59,952 bases of DNA, filler included, from Sphacelaria rigidula (GCA_964200075.2; 9 parts of 9 records of this genome joined end to end with filler, not necessarily neighbours in it), one strand, 5' to 3'. Positions 35,991 to 48,939 are shown, counted from the whole stretch's first letter. Made by a program: numbers and translations. Notes: a model not told the origin generated them from the letters alone.

Positions 35991-38614
35991 TTGAGAGGGG
36001 GGGGGGGGGGGGGGGGAGGGGCCCCTCTTTTTTGTTACCCCCCAGCCGGGTGGGGGAAGGCTAGGGATCCCCGGAAAGGGCAGGAAAAAAAGTGGCGCAC
36101 GTCCGGCCTGCCTGTTGCTCAGCGTTTCGCACTCTTTTGCTAAGGCCTTTGTGTATTTTTAGCAACTCTTGTCTTATGGTTTCGCCGGTTGTGGTTTTGT
36201 CCAATTAACAGCCTACACTTTTGTCTCTAGCTTTCCGTTCCAAATTGGATACGAAAAGATGAACGTGCGTCAAGATTTGGACCCCTGGAGAGGATGACTC
36301 AGTGCATTGATCGTGTGTGTAACCTCGCGTGCTGCATCTTTTTTCACCTAGCTGATGTAGAATCCTTTCCTGTGACGTGTGTAGTGGCTGTTGTAGCGTC
36401 GTTTTTGACTGGCTGACTGACTCGCTTGCTGACTGACTGGCTGGGGTGTGCCCCATAATGTTGATCGCGCACCCGTGCCCGTAGCTTATATGCTTGCGGA
36501 GGAAAACTCTGAATATTTCACGAACACGATGGTGTGCGGGTGAGGCTTACAGATTGGGAAGGCAACGCAGAAACACCCAGTTTACGAAACAGGGTTGGCT
36601 CGTCGGCCGTTTTTGGGTCTGGATCGAGTGGGACGGAACTTCATTTGTTGCACGTGGTGATTCAAGTAGTGTATTTGGTGTTGGAGTCGCCATGCAGACA
36701 TCGCTCGTCATCCCTTCTGTGGGCTAGGGGTTTTGTTGGTACTTCACCGTTGAACAAACGGGTTGACGCGATGATTTCGAGGCTTCAGATCGACAAAGGA
36801 GAAGCAGGAGCACCAGTGCTGAGTGCTAGACCGTTTTGTTATCTGGTTCGAGTGCAACGGCGCTTTAGTTATTGCACATGACAATTATTTCCCACGTGTT
36901 GGCCATGTCGTCATACCGAGATCGCTCGCCATACGTGCTGTGGGCAAGATGGGTTTTATTGGTATCGTGCAGGTCATCCCATGGGTAGTCGGAATTGATT
37001 TATTGGTTCATGCGTCTACTTTTTGTCATTGTCACGTACCTGTTTATCTCCACTTGTAAGGCGCTATGTCGTGTCGAAATACAAAACGCACAAGGGGTGT
37101 GAATTAAGAATGATCTTCTTTACATCGTGCATTGCATACTCAACCTCCGGAAAACATGTGCTGAGTCTGCAAGCTGCAAATCACATGCCCGGTAAACTCA
37201 TAGCCGAATACCATGATCCATCAAACCCCTGACCGCCCCACATTCCCAGTTTCCATGCCAAGGATCTCTTGGGCTAGGAGGCCTTTAATAAAGTGAGAAT
37301 TGAAGCCAAATAACTCCGTTTACGTGCCTCCGGCGGCGCCCCCCGCGGGCCCCCCTCACCAGCCGGGGGGGGCAATTGGGGCTCGCACAGCGAGCGGCCC
37401 GCTGCGCTCGCGATTTGTCTTCGCTGAAGATTATCGAAAATATCGTTATTGAACGCTGAATGATGCGATATTCAACACTACTCCAAATTACCGAAAAATC
37501 GCGGTTCCGGGTATAACTTGACCCCGTTGTAACCGTTTTCAAATAGATTTTCCCCGCTAGATTCCCGAGCTGATGGTTACTACGATTTGAAGAATGTGGA
37601 GATTCGGTCAAAATTGGGCTTGGAATTCATGCTTTCGATTTCAAAACAATTTGGAGGGCGCTGATTGATCCTAGTACCTTTTCGCTACCATATGACCCTC
37701 CTTAGCTGTTCATGGCGGTCAGTGTGATTCAAGTATGCGATGATTGGGTAGGCATTGCGAAAGGCATTTGCTGATGCACAATTTTGGGTGATGAGCGCGA
37801 ACCAGCTCGTATTTTTTTTGTTTAATGTTATTGTTGAAGAAATTGATCAAGAAACACTGATATAGCCGACGAGTGTGATGGGCATTGCGACGTCCGTATG
37901 ATACCAATATTTGCTTCTGCTTCTTATCCGCTTTGTACCGGCGACCTCGAATGCCGGGCACGCTCTCACACACGTGTATGCACTCGAGCGCACGGTAGCG
38001 ATAGCCTGCCAAAACAAAGTAGCACAGCAACGTTATCCAAGAGATACATCGACGGGGCTTTCGCTAGTAGAGGAAGCTGCTGAAGATGAGCTTGGGAGGG
38101 GGGGGGGGCAAGTCCGCCCTCTAAGCGGTCTCCATGCCAAGAACCTGTGTACACGACAGCTGACCACATCCACGAACGCCTCGGCTATTAACTAGGGAAT
38201 AACAGCTTGGATGTCCCCGCTTCTCCTCCCTTACGCCCTGCCCTCCAACCGTCCATCCCCCCTCGAAACTCAATTCTTCTATTCTTCGATTTTAGGGCCC
38301 ACGTGTCCAGAAAAGTTCACAAAATTCTCCGGGCAGACCCTTGGGTATACACGCGAAAAGGGCCGCAATATAATTTATTTTACGCCGCTTCTAGTAGGTA
38401 GGCGCAGTCATTGCGCATCGCCGATTGTGTGCCAACGTGCTGGCCGCCCGTCTCCAATCCCGCACGCAACGTGATGCCGATGCCATTTTGACAAGTTCCA
38501 GGCGCTCAGCGACATACACACGGGGGCGCAAAATAATGTCGGCTTACGCGGACGAAAGTCGGTCGAATCATTCAGTCCTTCACTGCGAATGTAGGACATT
38601 GGCGATATTAATTA

Positions 38615-39180
38615 GTGTCGCAATTGGTATGGCTACAAGACTCGTTCCTACAGAGCGGTGCTCGAGATGACCAACTGTGAACGTATCGAGACGACCATCC
38701 GCAAACGTCAACTTTGGTTCGCGGGTGCCCTTGTCCAGCAGAAGGACGCACGCCTTCTCACGCGTGTCATGAAAGGTCGGCTTTCCACAGGAGGGCCCAA
38801 GGAGGTCGGCCGCCCCCCCAAGCAATGGAAGGATACCCTAAAGAGGAACGTACGTGCGCTAGGGGCTGTTCCGCACAAAAGAGTCCGACGAAAGTGGTTC
38901 GTCTGCGGTGCAAAGGTTAACGATGCATACGATTGGGTCACTGCGGCGAATATCATAGGTAAATTGTATATTGGAGTCGAAAAGAGAGCTGAAGAGTTTG
39001 AGGGCACGTGGCGACGCGCGGACAAGCGAGAATTAGACCGCCGTCACAAGCGAAGGCTGCTGCGTCGAGGGCTGCCAATCGCAGAAACCTGTCGGCTCAC
39101 ATCAATTGTTAATTATGTCCTTAGTCGATGGTTCTGCGGTGCACACTGGTGTGTATTTGTATCTACTCTGCTGTCCTGAA
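38615..39180 (+). mobile_element. 5'-truncated non-LTR retrotransposon (RTE-like LINE), ORF C-terminus
   Basis: SYRAVLEMTNCERIETTIRKRQLWFAGALVQQKDARLLTRVMKG...GRPPKQWKDTL resembles the conserved RTE C-terminal RQLRW.GH...GRP..RW.D region. Confidence 0.82.
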
Positions 39181-39242
39181 TTCTTTTCCTTATTACTTTC
39201 TCTCAACAAGGGGCAGCGCGGATAAAAAAATCGGACACGTAG

Positions 39243-39273
<31 letters not shown>

Positions 39274-40953
39274 CTTCCCCCCCTGGTCCTTCTCTTGCTT
39301 TTTGCTTTTTTGTTTNNNNNNNNNNCATAGCTTTCGCAATTTTTCACACCACGCTGGAGTGTTACAACAATAGCCCTCTCGGCAGCACCCCCCCCCCCCC
39401 CCCCCTTCCCGGAGGGCATTTTTTTCGAAAATTGTCATGATTTTTGCGATTTTTTTTGCCAAGTTCGTCGCAAGGAGTTGATAAAAAACCATTGTTTTGA
39501 TATTTCATGTTCACTTTGTTACAAGAAATTGATCAATAAACGCTAACAAAAACCGAAAAGTCTAGTGGGCTTTGTGGGGTTCGTATATCTGCTTGAGCTT
39601 CTTGCCCGTTCTGTCCCGATGACCTCAGATATCGGAGGGTATTTTTTCGACAATTGAAATAATCCTAACTTTTTGGATATTTTCTGTTAACTTTGTTCCC
39701 AGAAATTGATCAATGAACATTGACAAATCCGAAAATTTTGGTGGGCCTTGCGGGGTGTGTGTTTGCTTCTGTTCTTTTACATATTATATAATATAATATG
39801 TAATATTTGTTATATAGCATATATGTTAATATACAATTATATATAGTATATACTGCCCCTTGATGAATATTCATATATAACAGTGTTTTCGTGAGATTGA
39901 GAGTAGATGATACGATTGAGAGTGGCTTTGATCATTNNNNNNNNNNNNNNNNNNNNNNNNNNNNNNNNNNNNNNNNNNNNTTAATTAATTAANNNNNNNN
40001 NNNNNNNNNNNNNNNNNNNNNNNNNNNNNNNNNNNNTGGGAGGTTAGGTGTGGCAATGGGTAAATGTCCCAGAGATGGAAAGAAATGGGTCGAGCCCCCC
40101 CCCCCCCCCCCTTATTTTTCGGGAGTACGGACAGGAGGAGAGGTGTCCATTGTCATTGCCTTTCACGTATAGTATGTATGCACCGATGAAATGACACTTT
40201 CTACGGTAGTCCTCCCCCCCCCCCAAAAAAAAAGTGGCTGGTTTGGGGAGGCAAAATCTACACGTGTATCGAGATGAAAAAAGCCGAGCACAATGAGCAG
40301 CTGGGATCTCCCACACTTCCGTCCGTTTTCGCCAATGTCGCCCATCTGAGGCGCTTGATACAGCCTGAAACCAAACGTCGGGCGCTGTGTGGCCATTTTT
40401 TTCGTGACAGTTTTGGGGGTGGTTTTGGGGAAGGGCTATTGTACAAACACCCGAATGTGTATTGATGGTATGGTTTCCTCCCGGTTGGTTCATCGGTTTG
40501 CGCTACTGGCACGCTGTTTTTTTTTTTCCTCACCGCCAGTGAAGTTTCTGTTATTGTAATGACCGTACTTCTTCCAGGATGGAAAAGTGAAAGACTATCT
40601 GTAGTCCGCCTTTGTGCCGTGACGTATAGCCCTGGCCAAAAGAATGTGTTCTTTTTGAGGTAGACTCTCCCCAAGGCCGGCTCCCGAAATCCATGCTCGA
40701 ACATACGTCGTTTTTTTGTCGAACCATGACACTGACGGTAAACCTGACCCTAACCCCAGGCAGACTGAAAACCCTCGAGCAAGGGGGGATACGTGTAGCG
40801 CCCTAGGCGATACGTCTTCTCATGTTAGTTTACTTCAGCGAGAATTTCCTGTTCTTACCCTGAGTTACGTGTCATGTTCTGACGAAGGCTGGATTCGTAG
40901 GAGACCCAATGAAAATGTGACAAACAACCATTCAATCGATCGATCAATGTTAA

Positions 40954-41071
40954 CCCTTTTGGAACCCATTGACGATTTTTGTTTTGTTGAATCGGCATAA
41001 TTTTCAGTCATTTCCAAGTCAGAATGCTGCCGATTCACAAGAACAAGAATCGTCAGTGGGTTCCGAAAGGG
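40954..41071. mobile_element. 118-bp hairpin MITE, piggyBac-like
   Basis: TTAA|CCCTTTTGGAACCCA...TGGGTTCCGAAAGGG|TGAA; almost fully palindromic. Confidence 0.78.
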
Positions 41072-41170
41072 TGAAGAGTCAGACCACAACAAGTGTGTCC
41101 GCCAAGGAGTAATGCCATCTGATGACAAAATCAGATTAATCGAATCAATCAATTCACACTATTATATTGA

Positions 41171-41288
41171 CCCTTTTGGAACCCATTGACGATTTTTGTT
41201 TTTGTAAATCGGCGTCTTTTACAGTCATTTTAAAATCAAAATGATGCCGACTTACAAGAACAAAAATCGTCAGTGGGTTCCAAAAGGG
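41171..41288. mobile_element. Second copy of the 118-bp hairpin MITE
   Basis: TTGA|CCCTTTTGGAACCCA...TGGGTTCCAAAAGGG|TTGA. Confidence 0.78.
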
Positions 41289-41398
41289 TTGATACCGTAC
41301 CTTCATTTGACGTCATTTGTTCGCTTTGTCGTATACGTTAAACGGCGAGTAATGTATGTCTCCATGTTCTCAACATGTGTTCTTTCACACATCTGTAG

Positions 41399-41584
41399 GT
41401 CATCCTCTCCGATGCAAGCGAGCCAGGAGAAGGGGAGCACAAGATCATGGACTTCGTCAGGCGTCAGCGAACTCAGCCAGGATACGATCCTAACCAGCAT
41501 CATATCCTGCACGGCTTAGACGCTGACTTAATCATGCTGGGGCTTGCCACGCATGAACGGTCATTCACCATTCTCAGAGAGCAG
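41399..41584 (+). CDS. XRN2: 5'-3' exoribonuclease 2 (Rat1), internal exon with catalytic residues
   Basis: VILSDASEPGEGEHKIMDFVRRQRTQPGYDPNQHHILHGLDADLIMLGLATHERSFTILREQ; AG/GT boundaries, 62 codons. XRN family is certain; XRN2 rather than XRN1 is my inference. Confidence 0.93.
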
Positions 41585-42569
41585 GTGAATTTTTGTGTGA
41601 GAAGGAAGGAAGCGGGGGCAAAGGGGAATATTCGTTCCATATGTTGGTGTGTCATGGTCATTGTTTGGTTGATCAACCCGTTTTTGTTTTCTGTTTCGGT
41701 TTTGCTGTCACTCTTGCACAACATGCGTATTTTTTATACTCATACATTTATTTGCATCTATCCATTCGTTTACTATTTCCTTTTCTTCATTTTTTATTAT
41801 TACTTTGTATTTTTAATTGTATTTTTATTTGTATTTTTTATTCTTTAGTACTGTGTTCATTTTTTCAATACTTCATTTTTGTTTGTAATTTTTTCGCTTC
41901 TTGCTGTGACTCACCCACCGACTGGATACATGATATGTACAGTACCTAAAGCACGCAGCGTTCGCGTTTGTTCACCAGAGAAAATTTGCGAGATCCGTGT
42001 CGTGAAATGATGAGCGTTTGTGTCCAGTGTCCAGCACATACCCGCAGTTTCCGGTGGTTGAATTTATTCGCTCCGGGCGTCAGACCTCCTTTCGGAGCAA
42101 TATCAACGGCTGACCTTCTGCCGCGGTTGCCCCGATCGATGCCTTCCCTAAGCAGCCTCTCCCCGTTTGCGAGCACAGTTGCTGTTATTCGCGCGGTTGT
42201 CCAATCCCTGACTGAATCTCATGTATGTCATCCCTTATAAATGTTGATTTTTTTGTATGACCAAAACTATTCTGGAGTGGCAAAGAAGGGGTCAACTAAT
42301 TCTGAAAGTTGTTACGCGTACGTACTTACAGAAACGAACTCAAACTGCCCCGAAATTACACAAAATCTAGTGGATGATGACATGATACATGTACACGTGA
42401 CCTACGATACTATTTTTCACCTTCGTGATATGGTTCGCCTCTTCATGGTACACGCGGAGGGGAAGGGTTGGACAAATACTGCTCTTGTCAGAAAATTTCT
42501 TGTTTTTGGTGTATTGGATTCGTACGGTATAAATCAGTTCTTGGGCTTGCTTTCAGGGTTACACCGCAG

Positions 42570-42969
42570 CACACTCTGAATAATGACAATACATTGCATT
42601 GTCAAAAATTGTATTGCGTACAGTATCGACTATTGCGTTTATTGCAATATACCACCCTGGATAATGACAATACATTACATTATCAAAAATTATACTGCGT
42701 ACAGTATCGACTATTGCGTCTAATACAGTAGACAACCCTGGATAATGACAATACATTACATTGTCAAGAAGTATTCTGCGTACAGTATCGAACATTGCGT
42801 CTATTGCAACATATAACCCTGGATAATGACAATATATTACATTTTCAAAAGTTGTACCGGGTACAGTATCGACTATTGCGTCTTATGCAATCAATATACA
42901 GTTGATTCCATTCTGTGTACAGTACATTTTTTTTACAGTGGAATATTTTGTATCATTATCCAGGGTGTG
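42570..42969. mobile_element. 400-bp MITE with perfect 8-bp TSD, containing four 81-bp tandem units
   Basis: TIRs CACACTCTGAATAATGA / TCATTATCCAGGGTGTG; CACCGCAG at 42562-42569 and 42970-42977; units start at 42578, 42659, 42740 and 42821. Confidence 0.88.
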
Positions 42970-43226
42970 CACCGCAGGCGCGCGCACCTCAGGCACGTGA
43001 AAACATTAGCGCAACAATTGCGTAGATACTTTTTTAGACCCGCGGTCATCTTTTTTCTCTCTCTTTCGAGCAATCAGACCTCAGATACCGTAGATCCGGT
43101 GACTCTAACCATCGATGATTCGTCGGACCGTTGGTACGTTTTTTTTCCCCCGTGTGTGTGTGTGTGTTGTGTTTTTCGCTGCGTTTTTTCGTTTGCGTGT
43201 TTCGTTTGTATTGTGGCGGGCGCCAG

Positions 43227-43388
43227 GTTTTGTTTGGCAGGAAGCAGAAGGAGGCGGCCGAGAAGAGGCAGGCGGCGAGGCAGGCTGCGCACGATGCGGT
43301 GATGGGTGTCGTGGGGAAGAAGAAGCGAGGCGAGCACGGGGAGCACGATGGGGATGTCTCGAAGGATAAGCCGCTCCAGATGCTGCAG
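43227..43388 (+). CDS. XRN2: XRN2 internal exon (variable linker)
   Basis: VLFGRKQKEAAEKRQ...KPLQMLQ, 54 codons, phase 0, bridging ILRE to LWVLREYL. Confidence 0.82.
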
Positions 43389-43467
43389 GTGTTCACTGGG
43401 TTCGGTTGGTGTGATCGGTTATTTTTTCGAAGGTTGCGTTCTGTGGGGGGTTGCGTTTTGTGGGGTA

Positions 43468-43805
43468 TACCGCTGCGCCCCGGTGGTGTAATGACCCGAC
43501 TGTCGCCAGTAGGGTGGAGAGAACGAGGGTTAGATTTCCCATGTGTTTTTTTTTTCTCCATAGTATGTGATTTTCACCTTGGAAGGCGTGAAAATGTAAG
43601 TAAATAAAGTAGTCGACTGAGTTTGTTTGACCTGAGCTGACGCGGTGCGGGAGTGGTGATAGTCATGACCCAATCCGCGAGACCAAAATGCAAGGCGTGT
43701 ACCGGGGGAGAGATGGGTTGATCCCTTGAGACCACGGACTCGTCCCGAGGAAGGAGAATGGTTCAAAGTGCGACGAATAAAAAGGATACATGATATTCAA
43801 GTAAC
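43468..43805 (+). mobile_element. tRNA-derived SINE, family B
   Basis: Head CCCCGGTGGTGTAATG...GGGTTAGATTTCC; aligns over its full length with 54953-55287. Confidence 0.75.
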
Positions 43806-44443
43806 GTGTTCTGTGGTGTTTACCCGGAAGTGGGGGGGTGTACTCATGATCATGCATCCCATAGTCATAAGACGGAAGTGGGGGAGGGGGGAGGTTGGTG
43901 GGCGTGCTAAAGCAACACCGAAATGCGTATCGAACATCCCGGTATGATTCCACAGTGTGTTGAGCCCTGGTGTGAACACTCCGGTCCGGTCCGGTCCGGA
44001 AGGGTATTCGCCGGTGATGAACCTCCTTTATACTCCTGTATATACCCGAATTTCGGGCACTTACCCTGCACAAGTTGAACTTGATAACTGCAATTGGTTC
44101 GTTGGTGCGGTTGATTGACTTTTTGGTTCGTCGTCGTCATTTTTAGTTGTTGTTGTAGTTGTTTGGGTGGCTTTCTGCTTGCGGATTTGTAGGTAAGTTC
44201 ACACGTCTGCGTAGTTGTAATTTTCTGCACCCAATGACACAACGCCCAGCCTCCCATTGATATACCCGATCACACCACTGCTACTATTCCCACCGTCACT
44301 ACGAGCACTACTTCTACTACTTGCGCTGCTGCTACTGCTACTACTGTTACTATTATAGCACAACGCCCACTCACGCCCTGCATATTCTCGTCGCTACCCA
44401 CGCACCCATCCCTTCCCCCATCGTGTTTGGTGTCTCGATCCAG

Positions 44444-44647
44444 CTCTGGGTGCTCCGCGAATATCTGGAGAACGAGTTCTCCGTGTTGTCTTCGCCGGGA
44501 CGTGTGCCGTTCGGGTATGATTTCGAGCGCGTGATCGACGACTTCGTGTTCTTGTGCTTCTTCGTGGGCAATGATTTCCTGCCACATTTGCCGTCGCTGG
44601 ATATTCGCGACGGGGCTATCGACTACCTCTTCAACGTGTACAAGAGG
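44444..44647 (+). CDS. XRN2: XRN2 internal exon
   Basis: [12 protein letters not shown]...[43 protein letters not shown], 68 codons. Confidence 0.95.
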
Positions 44648-44682
44648 GTGAGAGTATATACGGCCGCGGTCTGGCAGTAGTT

Positions 44683-44942
44683 CACGGTTCGGACGAATCA
44701 TCGCCGGTTTTAAATCACCAAATCCACGATATCTTACGCCTGATAGCTCGAAAGGGAGAAAAAAAGTCGATCTCTGGTCAAACAGGTCTCCGCGCAACTT
44801 TTGCGTCATTCCCCGTGCCTGGGCTGCGCGTACCTGGGTTGCAACGCTGAAAACAAGCCCGAAAGATTGATTCGGACCGTACGAATCAATCACACTAGAG
44901 TAAAGTAATTTCCAGACGCATCATAAATTCGTCCGACCCGTG
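44683..44942. mobile_element. hAT-like MITE, same family as 13606-13874
   Basis: TIRs CACGGTTCGGACGAAT / ATTCGTCCGACCCGTG; flanks CAGTAGTT and CAATAGCT. Confidence 0.82.
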
Positions 44943-45260
44943 CAATAGCTGCAATAGACCTGTACTTCATGCAGTACAATAGTTGTCGTGGAAATATTGT
45001 ACTGCGTTTAGGACAGGCCTATTGCAACTATTGTCGACAAGCGCGCACTACATTTACGGCAGTGGTTGCAATAGGCCTATACTTCATGCAGTACAATAGT
45101 TGTCATAGAAATATTGTACTGCGTTTAGTGTAGGCCTATTGCAACTTTTGTCGACCAGCGCAATTCAGTTACGACAACAGTAGTTACAAAAGACTTGAAA
45201 TTCGCGCACAACATTTTTTTTTTCTGTTGTAACTATTGTTCACATCTTGTCCAGGGTGTG
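44943..45260. repeat. Two ~118-bp tandem units ending in a CCAGGGTGTG terminus (MITE remnant)
   Basis: TGCAATAG.CCT.TACTTCATGCAGTACAATAGTTGTC is repeated; the terminus is identical to that of the 42570-42969 element. Confidence 0.7.
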
Positions 45261-45282
45261 AACTATTCTGGCCTAATGGAAC

Positions 45283-45575
45283 CGGGGGCTCAGTTGGTAA
45301 CCTCGAAACCTTCTGACGGTTGGGATGTAGGTTCGAGTATTGGTGAAGTCACACGATTTTATTTATTTTATTTTATTACATCATGCCGAACAGTCGAGAG
45401 CGACTATGTCATGGATACACAAAAGTCGACTTTACGATCGATGAGGGGAAGGCGCCGCTGAACCCTTTTCGCCATAAAAAATAGAAGGCAAGCACTGCAG
45501 GAGTAAGGTGGTGTGCTAAAATAAGTTGAAAAAAGAAAAAAATCCCGTGTTACTCATACCGAAAGGTACAGACTG

Positions 45576-45611
<36 letters not shown>

Positions 45612-46020
45612 CATCCAATCTATTCTGGACGCCAGTCTACACCTTGCGGTATATGTGGGCGCACCAGCCGGGGTCACACAAGAGGAAGGTCAACACAAGA
45701 GTTGTTTGTTTTTTCAATTTAATTTAGCACTCCGACTTCCTCCTGCGGTGCTTGTCTTCTTTTTTTTTTATCGCAAGAAGAGTTCAGCGGTCCCTTTCCC
45801 TCATCGACCGTGAAATCCAATTTGGTGTACCCACCGCGTGGTCGCTCTCTCCACTGGTGGGCGTTGTGTGGGGAAAAAATCCCATATCGTGTGACTGCAC
45901 CAAGATTCGAACCCATGACCCAACCGTCAGAACGTCTCAAAGTTACCTACTGAGCCAGCGAGGCGACCGGCAAGGCTGGCGTCCAGAATAGATAAGATAA
46001 CAACACAGCAACGACGACAA
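45283..46020 (+). mobile_element. SINE family A copy split by a nested antisense copy
   Basis: Head GGCTCAGTTGGTAACCTCG...GGTTCGAGT. The body stops at AGACTG (~45574) and resumes as GCTGGCGTCCAGAATAGA...ACAAC at ~45975. Confidence 0.78.
45575..45970 (-). mobile_element. Full-length SINE family A with a (CAA)n tail
   Basis: A-box-like TGGCTCAGTAGG, B-box GGTTCGAATC, 3' end ACTGGCGTCCAGAATAGATTGGATGA(CAA)n. Confidence 0.85.
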
Positions 46021-46095
46021 TACCTTCAATTTGTACTTTTCGAGACTGCTGCCTACGAGCTAATTTGCTTTGCCCTTGCGGTGCTGTGTCAACAG

Positions 46096-46236
46096 GTGAT
46101 ATCATCTTTGGGGGACTACCTCACAGCGGACGGAGGGGTGGTAAACCTGAAGCAGGTGGACGTTATCATGGCCGAAGTAGGAGAGATCGAGGACGAAGTT
46201 TTCAAGCGCCGTAAAGTTGCCGACGATCAGCAACAG
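46096..46236 (+). CDS. XRN2: XRN2 internal exon; the gene continues beyond the contig
   Basis: VISSLGDYLTADGGVVNLKQVDVIMAEVGEIEDEVFKRRK, 47 codons, matching the XRN2 G-Y-L-T...V-N-L...E-D-x-I-F-K-x-R region. Confidence 0.88.
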
Positions 46237-46387
46237 GTGCAAGTTTTTTTTCTTTTCTCAAGATGTTTGTTTTATTTGTCGTAACAACAGTCATGAAGAA
46301 ACAGATAGGAGAGAAGTGGTACGCCGTCGTGCGCTGACATGTGCAACAGCAGCAGCAGTAGCAAAGAGAGATAGAGTCATCCTACGA

Positions 46388-46608
46388 TAGGGTGTATTTA
46401 TGAACTTGCCCGCCGTAGTCACGAGACCATTGACCTCGCATCCCTATAAATCCGGGACGGAGCACGCCGGGTTTTCGTCGGACCAGGATAGGCCTTACCA
46501 TCGGAGGGGGGAGGGTGTACTCATGATCATGCATGCCATAGTCATAAGACCATTGACCTCGCATCCCTACAAAACCGGGACGGAGCACGCCGGGTTTTCG
46601 CCGGACCA
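46388..46608. repeat. ~120-bp tandem repeat running into the contig end
   Basis: AGACCATTGACCTCGCATCCCTA.AAA.CCGGGACGGAGCACGCCGGGTTTTCG occurs twice; part of the unit also occurs at 43833-43873. Confidence 0.8.
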
Positions 46609-47379
46609 NNNNNNNNNNNNNNNNNNNNNNNNNNNNNNNNNNNNNNNNNNNNTTAATTAATTAANNNNNNNNNNNNNNNNNNNNNNNNNNNNNNNNNNNN
46701 NNNNNNNNAGGTACGTTCTCGGCCGATCGGTGGACCAGATAACGTACGATTGAAAAAGAATTCCTAGATCAGGTATACCTGGGCGAAATTTGGCCTACAA
46801 AAGGTAAGCGGCTTCTGAAGGCGAGACGTCCGTTTTCGCGGGGCCATATCTCTCGAGTAACATGTTTTTTTCGCGTTGTTTTTCGAGACCGGGGTGCCAA
46901 TGCCCCCCCCGAATGATGTGCGTGAACAATTCGTAGCGAAAACGGTCAAAATGGCGTGTTTGGCTATTTTCGCGTTTCTGGCCATTTTTCGTACCTTTCT
47001 TGGGCAAAAAACGAGAAGGTATACCTTTTCTAGTTCATTGCTCCAAAAAGTACACCATTCACCCATTTCGCCATTCGCATACCTCCCCTGGAATCACGGT
47101 GAAAAGCACCCCCCGGAACGTTCACTTTTTCGTCCCCTGCCATAACATGCACCTCCTGCTCATACCGGACTTCACCAATGTTATTCATGTACCATTGTGT
47201 GCCATCCATCAAAATTTGGGCTTTGAGTGATTTCTCAATGTATCGACCTCGGAAACTCATCAAATGGCCTGGAACAAAGGACGAAACCGAGAGCTGCAGA
47301 AATCATGTTATTTTGAAAGGCGAAGACCATTTCTCATGGGTGCAAATCTGTTTTTGCACAAATCTGAGGATTCCAGCCG

Positions 47380-47737
47380 GTCTGCAGGCGAATTCCTCCC
47401 GTGGACTGATGTCCAGAATCCCAGTCCGTTGAGCAATGTTTCTTGGTTAGCTGTGAGAAAACCACATATACTCTCCGATTCTTTCTCTGCACGTTGAGAT
47501 TTGGTACGTCACCTCTCTGCTCGAAATATGTGTGCGCGAGGGACAGATTTGGGCCGCAAATCTGTATTTTCGCGCATATTTGGTAGTGTCTCGATTTGAG
47601 AAAAGAGGTGACATACCAAAACTCAACATCCAGAGAATCGAAGAATTGATCGGTTTCGTCACAGCTAGCCGAGAAACACTACCCAGCGGGCTGGGATCCG
47701 AAAAATCAATCCACGGCAGGGAATCGTCCGCAGACGG
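47380..47737. mobile_element. MITE-like element with ~85-bp imperfect inverted repeats
   Basis: 47380-47465 is reverse-complementary to ~47650-47737. Confidence 0.65.
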
Positions 47738-48939
47738 GCAAAAATATTCAGACTTGTACACGTTATCCCTCCCCCCCCAAAAAAACGGTCTGAGCGCACC
47801 ATGTTGACCTTGACCGAGAGCTTCAAGCATCCACTGCTTGTGTGTAAAGTGATGGAATATGTGACGCAGTACCGCGCGAGGTTTTTCCAATCGCGGCTGT
47901 ACAATACTCCACAAGTCAGACAGCTCATTTTGTATGGGACCAAGGCCATACAGGTGGGGTGTGAACACATCCATGTACACGACTCGAAAGGCACAGTGCA
48001 ATTAGCTGTGGAGCGGTCCTCGTGTTCCGGGTACTATCGATCACGAGGTAGGTATCTTGTACGAGTTCTTATGAGGATACACAGGTTGTTGTTGTAGCTT
48101 GGAGTACGTCTGATCCGGAATATATAGATGTACCCAACGAGATGATGTACGGATAAACAGAGTATACAAATCACCCACAGCAAGTTTGTCCGATTACTAG
48201 GTTCCTACAGGCCAACATCAGGTAGACATGTACGAATCACACGGGTCATATAGATCATTCGTTCACCACGCCATGTGTGCAGGTCAACCAGGTTCTTCAG
48301 GTCACCACACGAGAAACGTGTACAGGTTGAAAAGGGTCACACAGACACAGACACAGATCACTCGCAGATCACAAAAGGTAATACGGGTGGTCGTCGAGCA
48401 GGCTTGCGGGCGGTATCCATCCGTCCTTTGTCAACGCCGGCAACATACACGTCGATCACTCTTCTCCGGAAATGTTCTTCAGACGCTGGCCGGACAACAT
48501 CATGGTGCGTCAATTGAGCATATAGCGGTATCATGTTTCCTCCTTTTCCCGCGGCGCATGAGGGTGCACCCTGAACGAAAAATTGCGGAAACAGTCGTCC
48601 ATACTGCCGCTGGCGGAACTCAACATACGTGCTCTCTACACAGATCACAAACACTATTCCTCACCATCACGAAGAAGTAAGTCTAAATTGCGTTTCGCCA
48701 CGACGCTTAGCGCTAAGATCTACTTTGTGTTGAACATGCGAGCAGATCAGAGTTCCACAGTGGTACTCGTGTGCACTCCACTCTCGAGTCCTGCGCAGGG
48801 ATTTTACGGTAGGGGAAAATATATACGCACTTTATAGTTCAAGTGGCCGAGCTGCTATCGTCAACCTACAACCTGTGGACTCGTGAACAAGCGCAATGTA
48901 CCTGGGCCATACAGGGTAGTAGGTGAGGAATACTGAATA

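Noticed and set aside
42578..42900. CRISPR-like regular repeats (also 11560-11750 and 58160-59720)
   Set aside because: Whole units are homologous with no unique spacers, there are no cas genes, and the context is eukaryotic intron/MITE.
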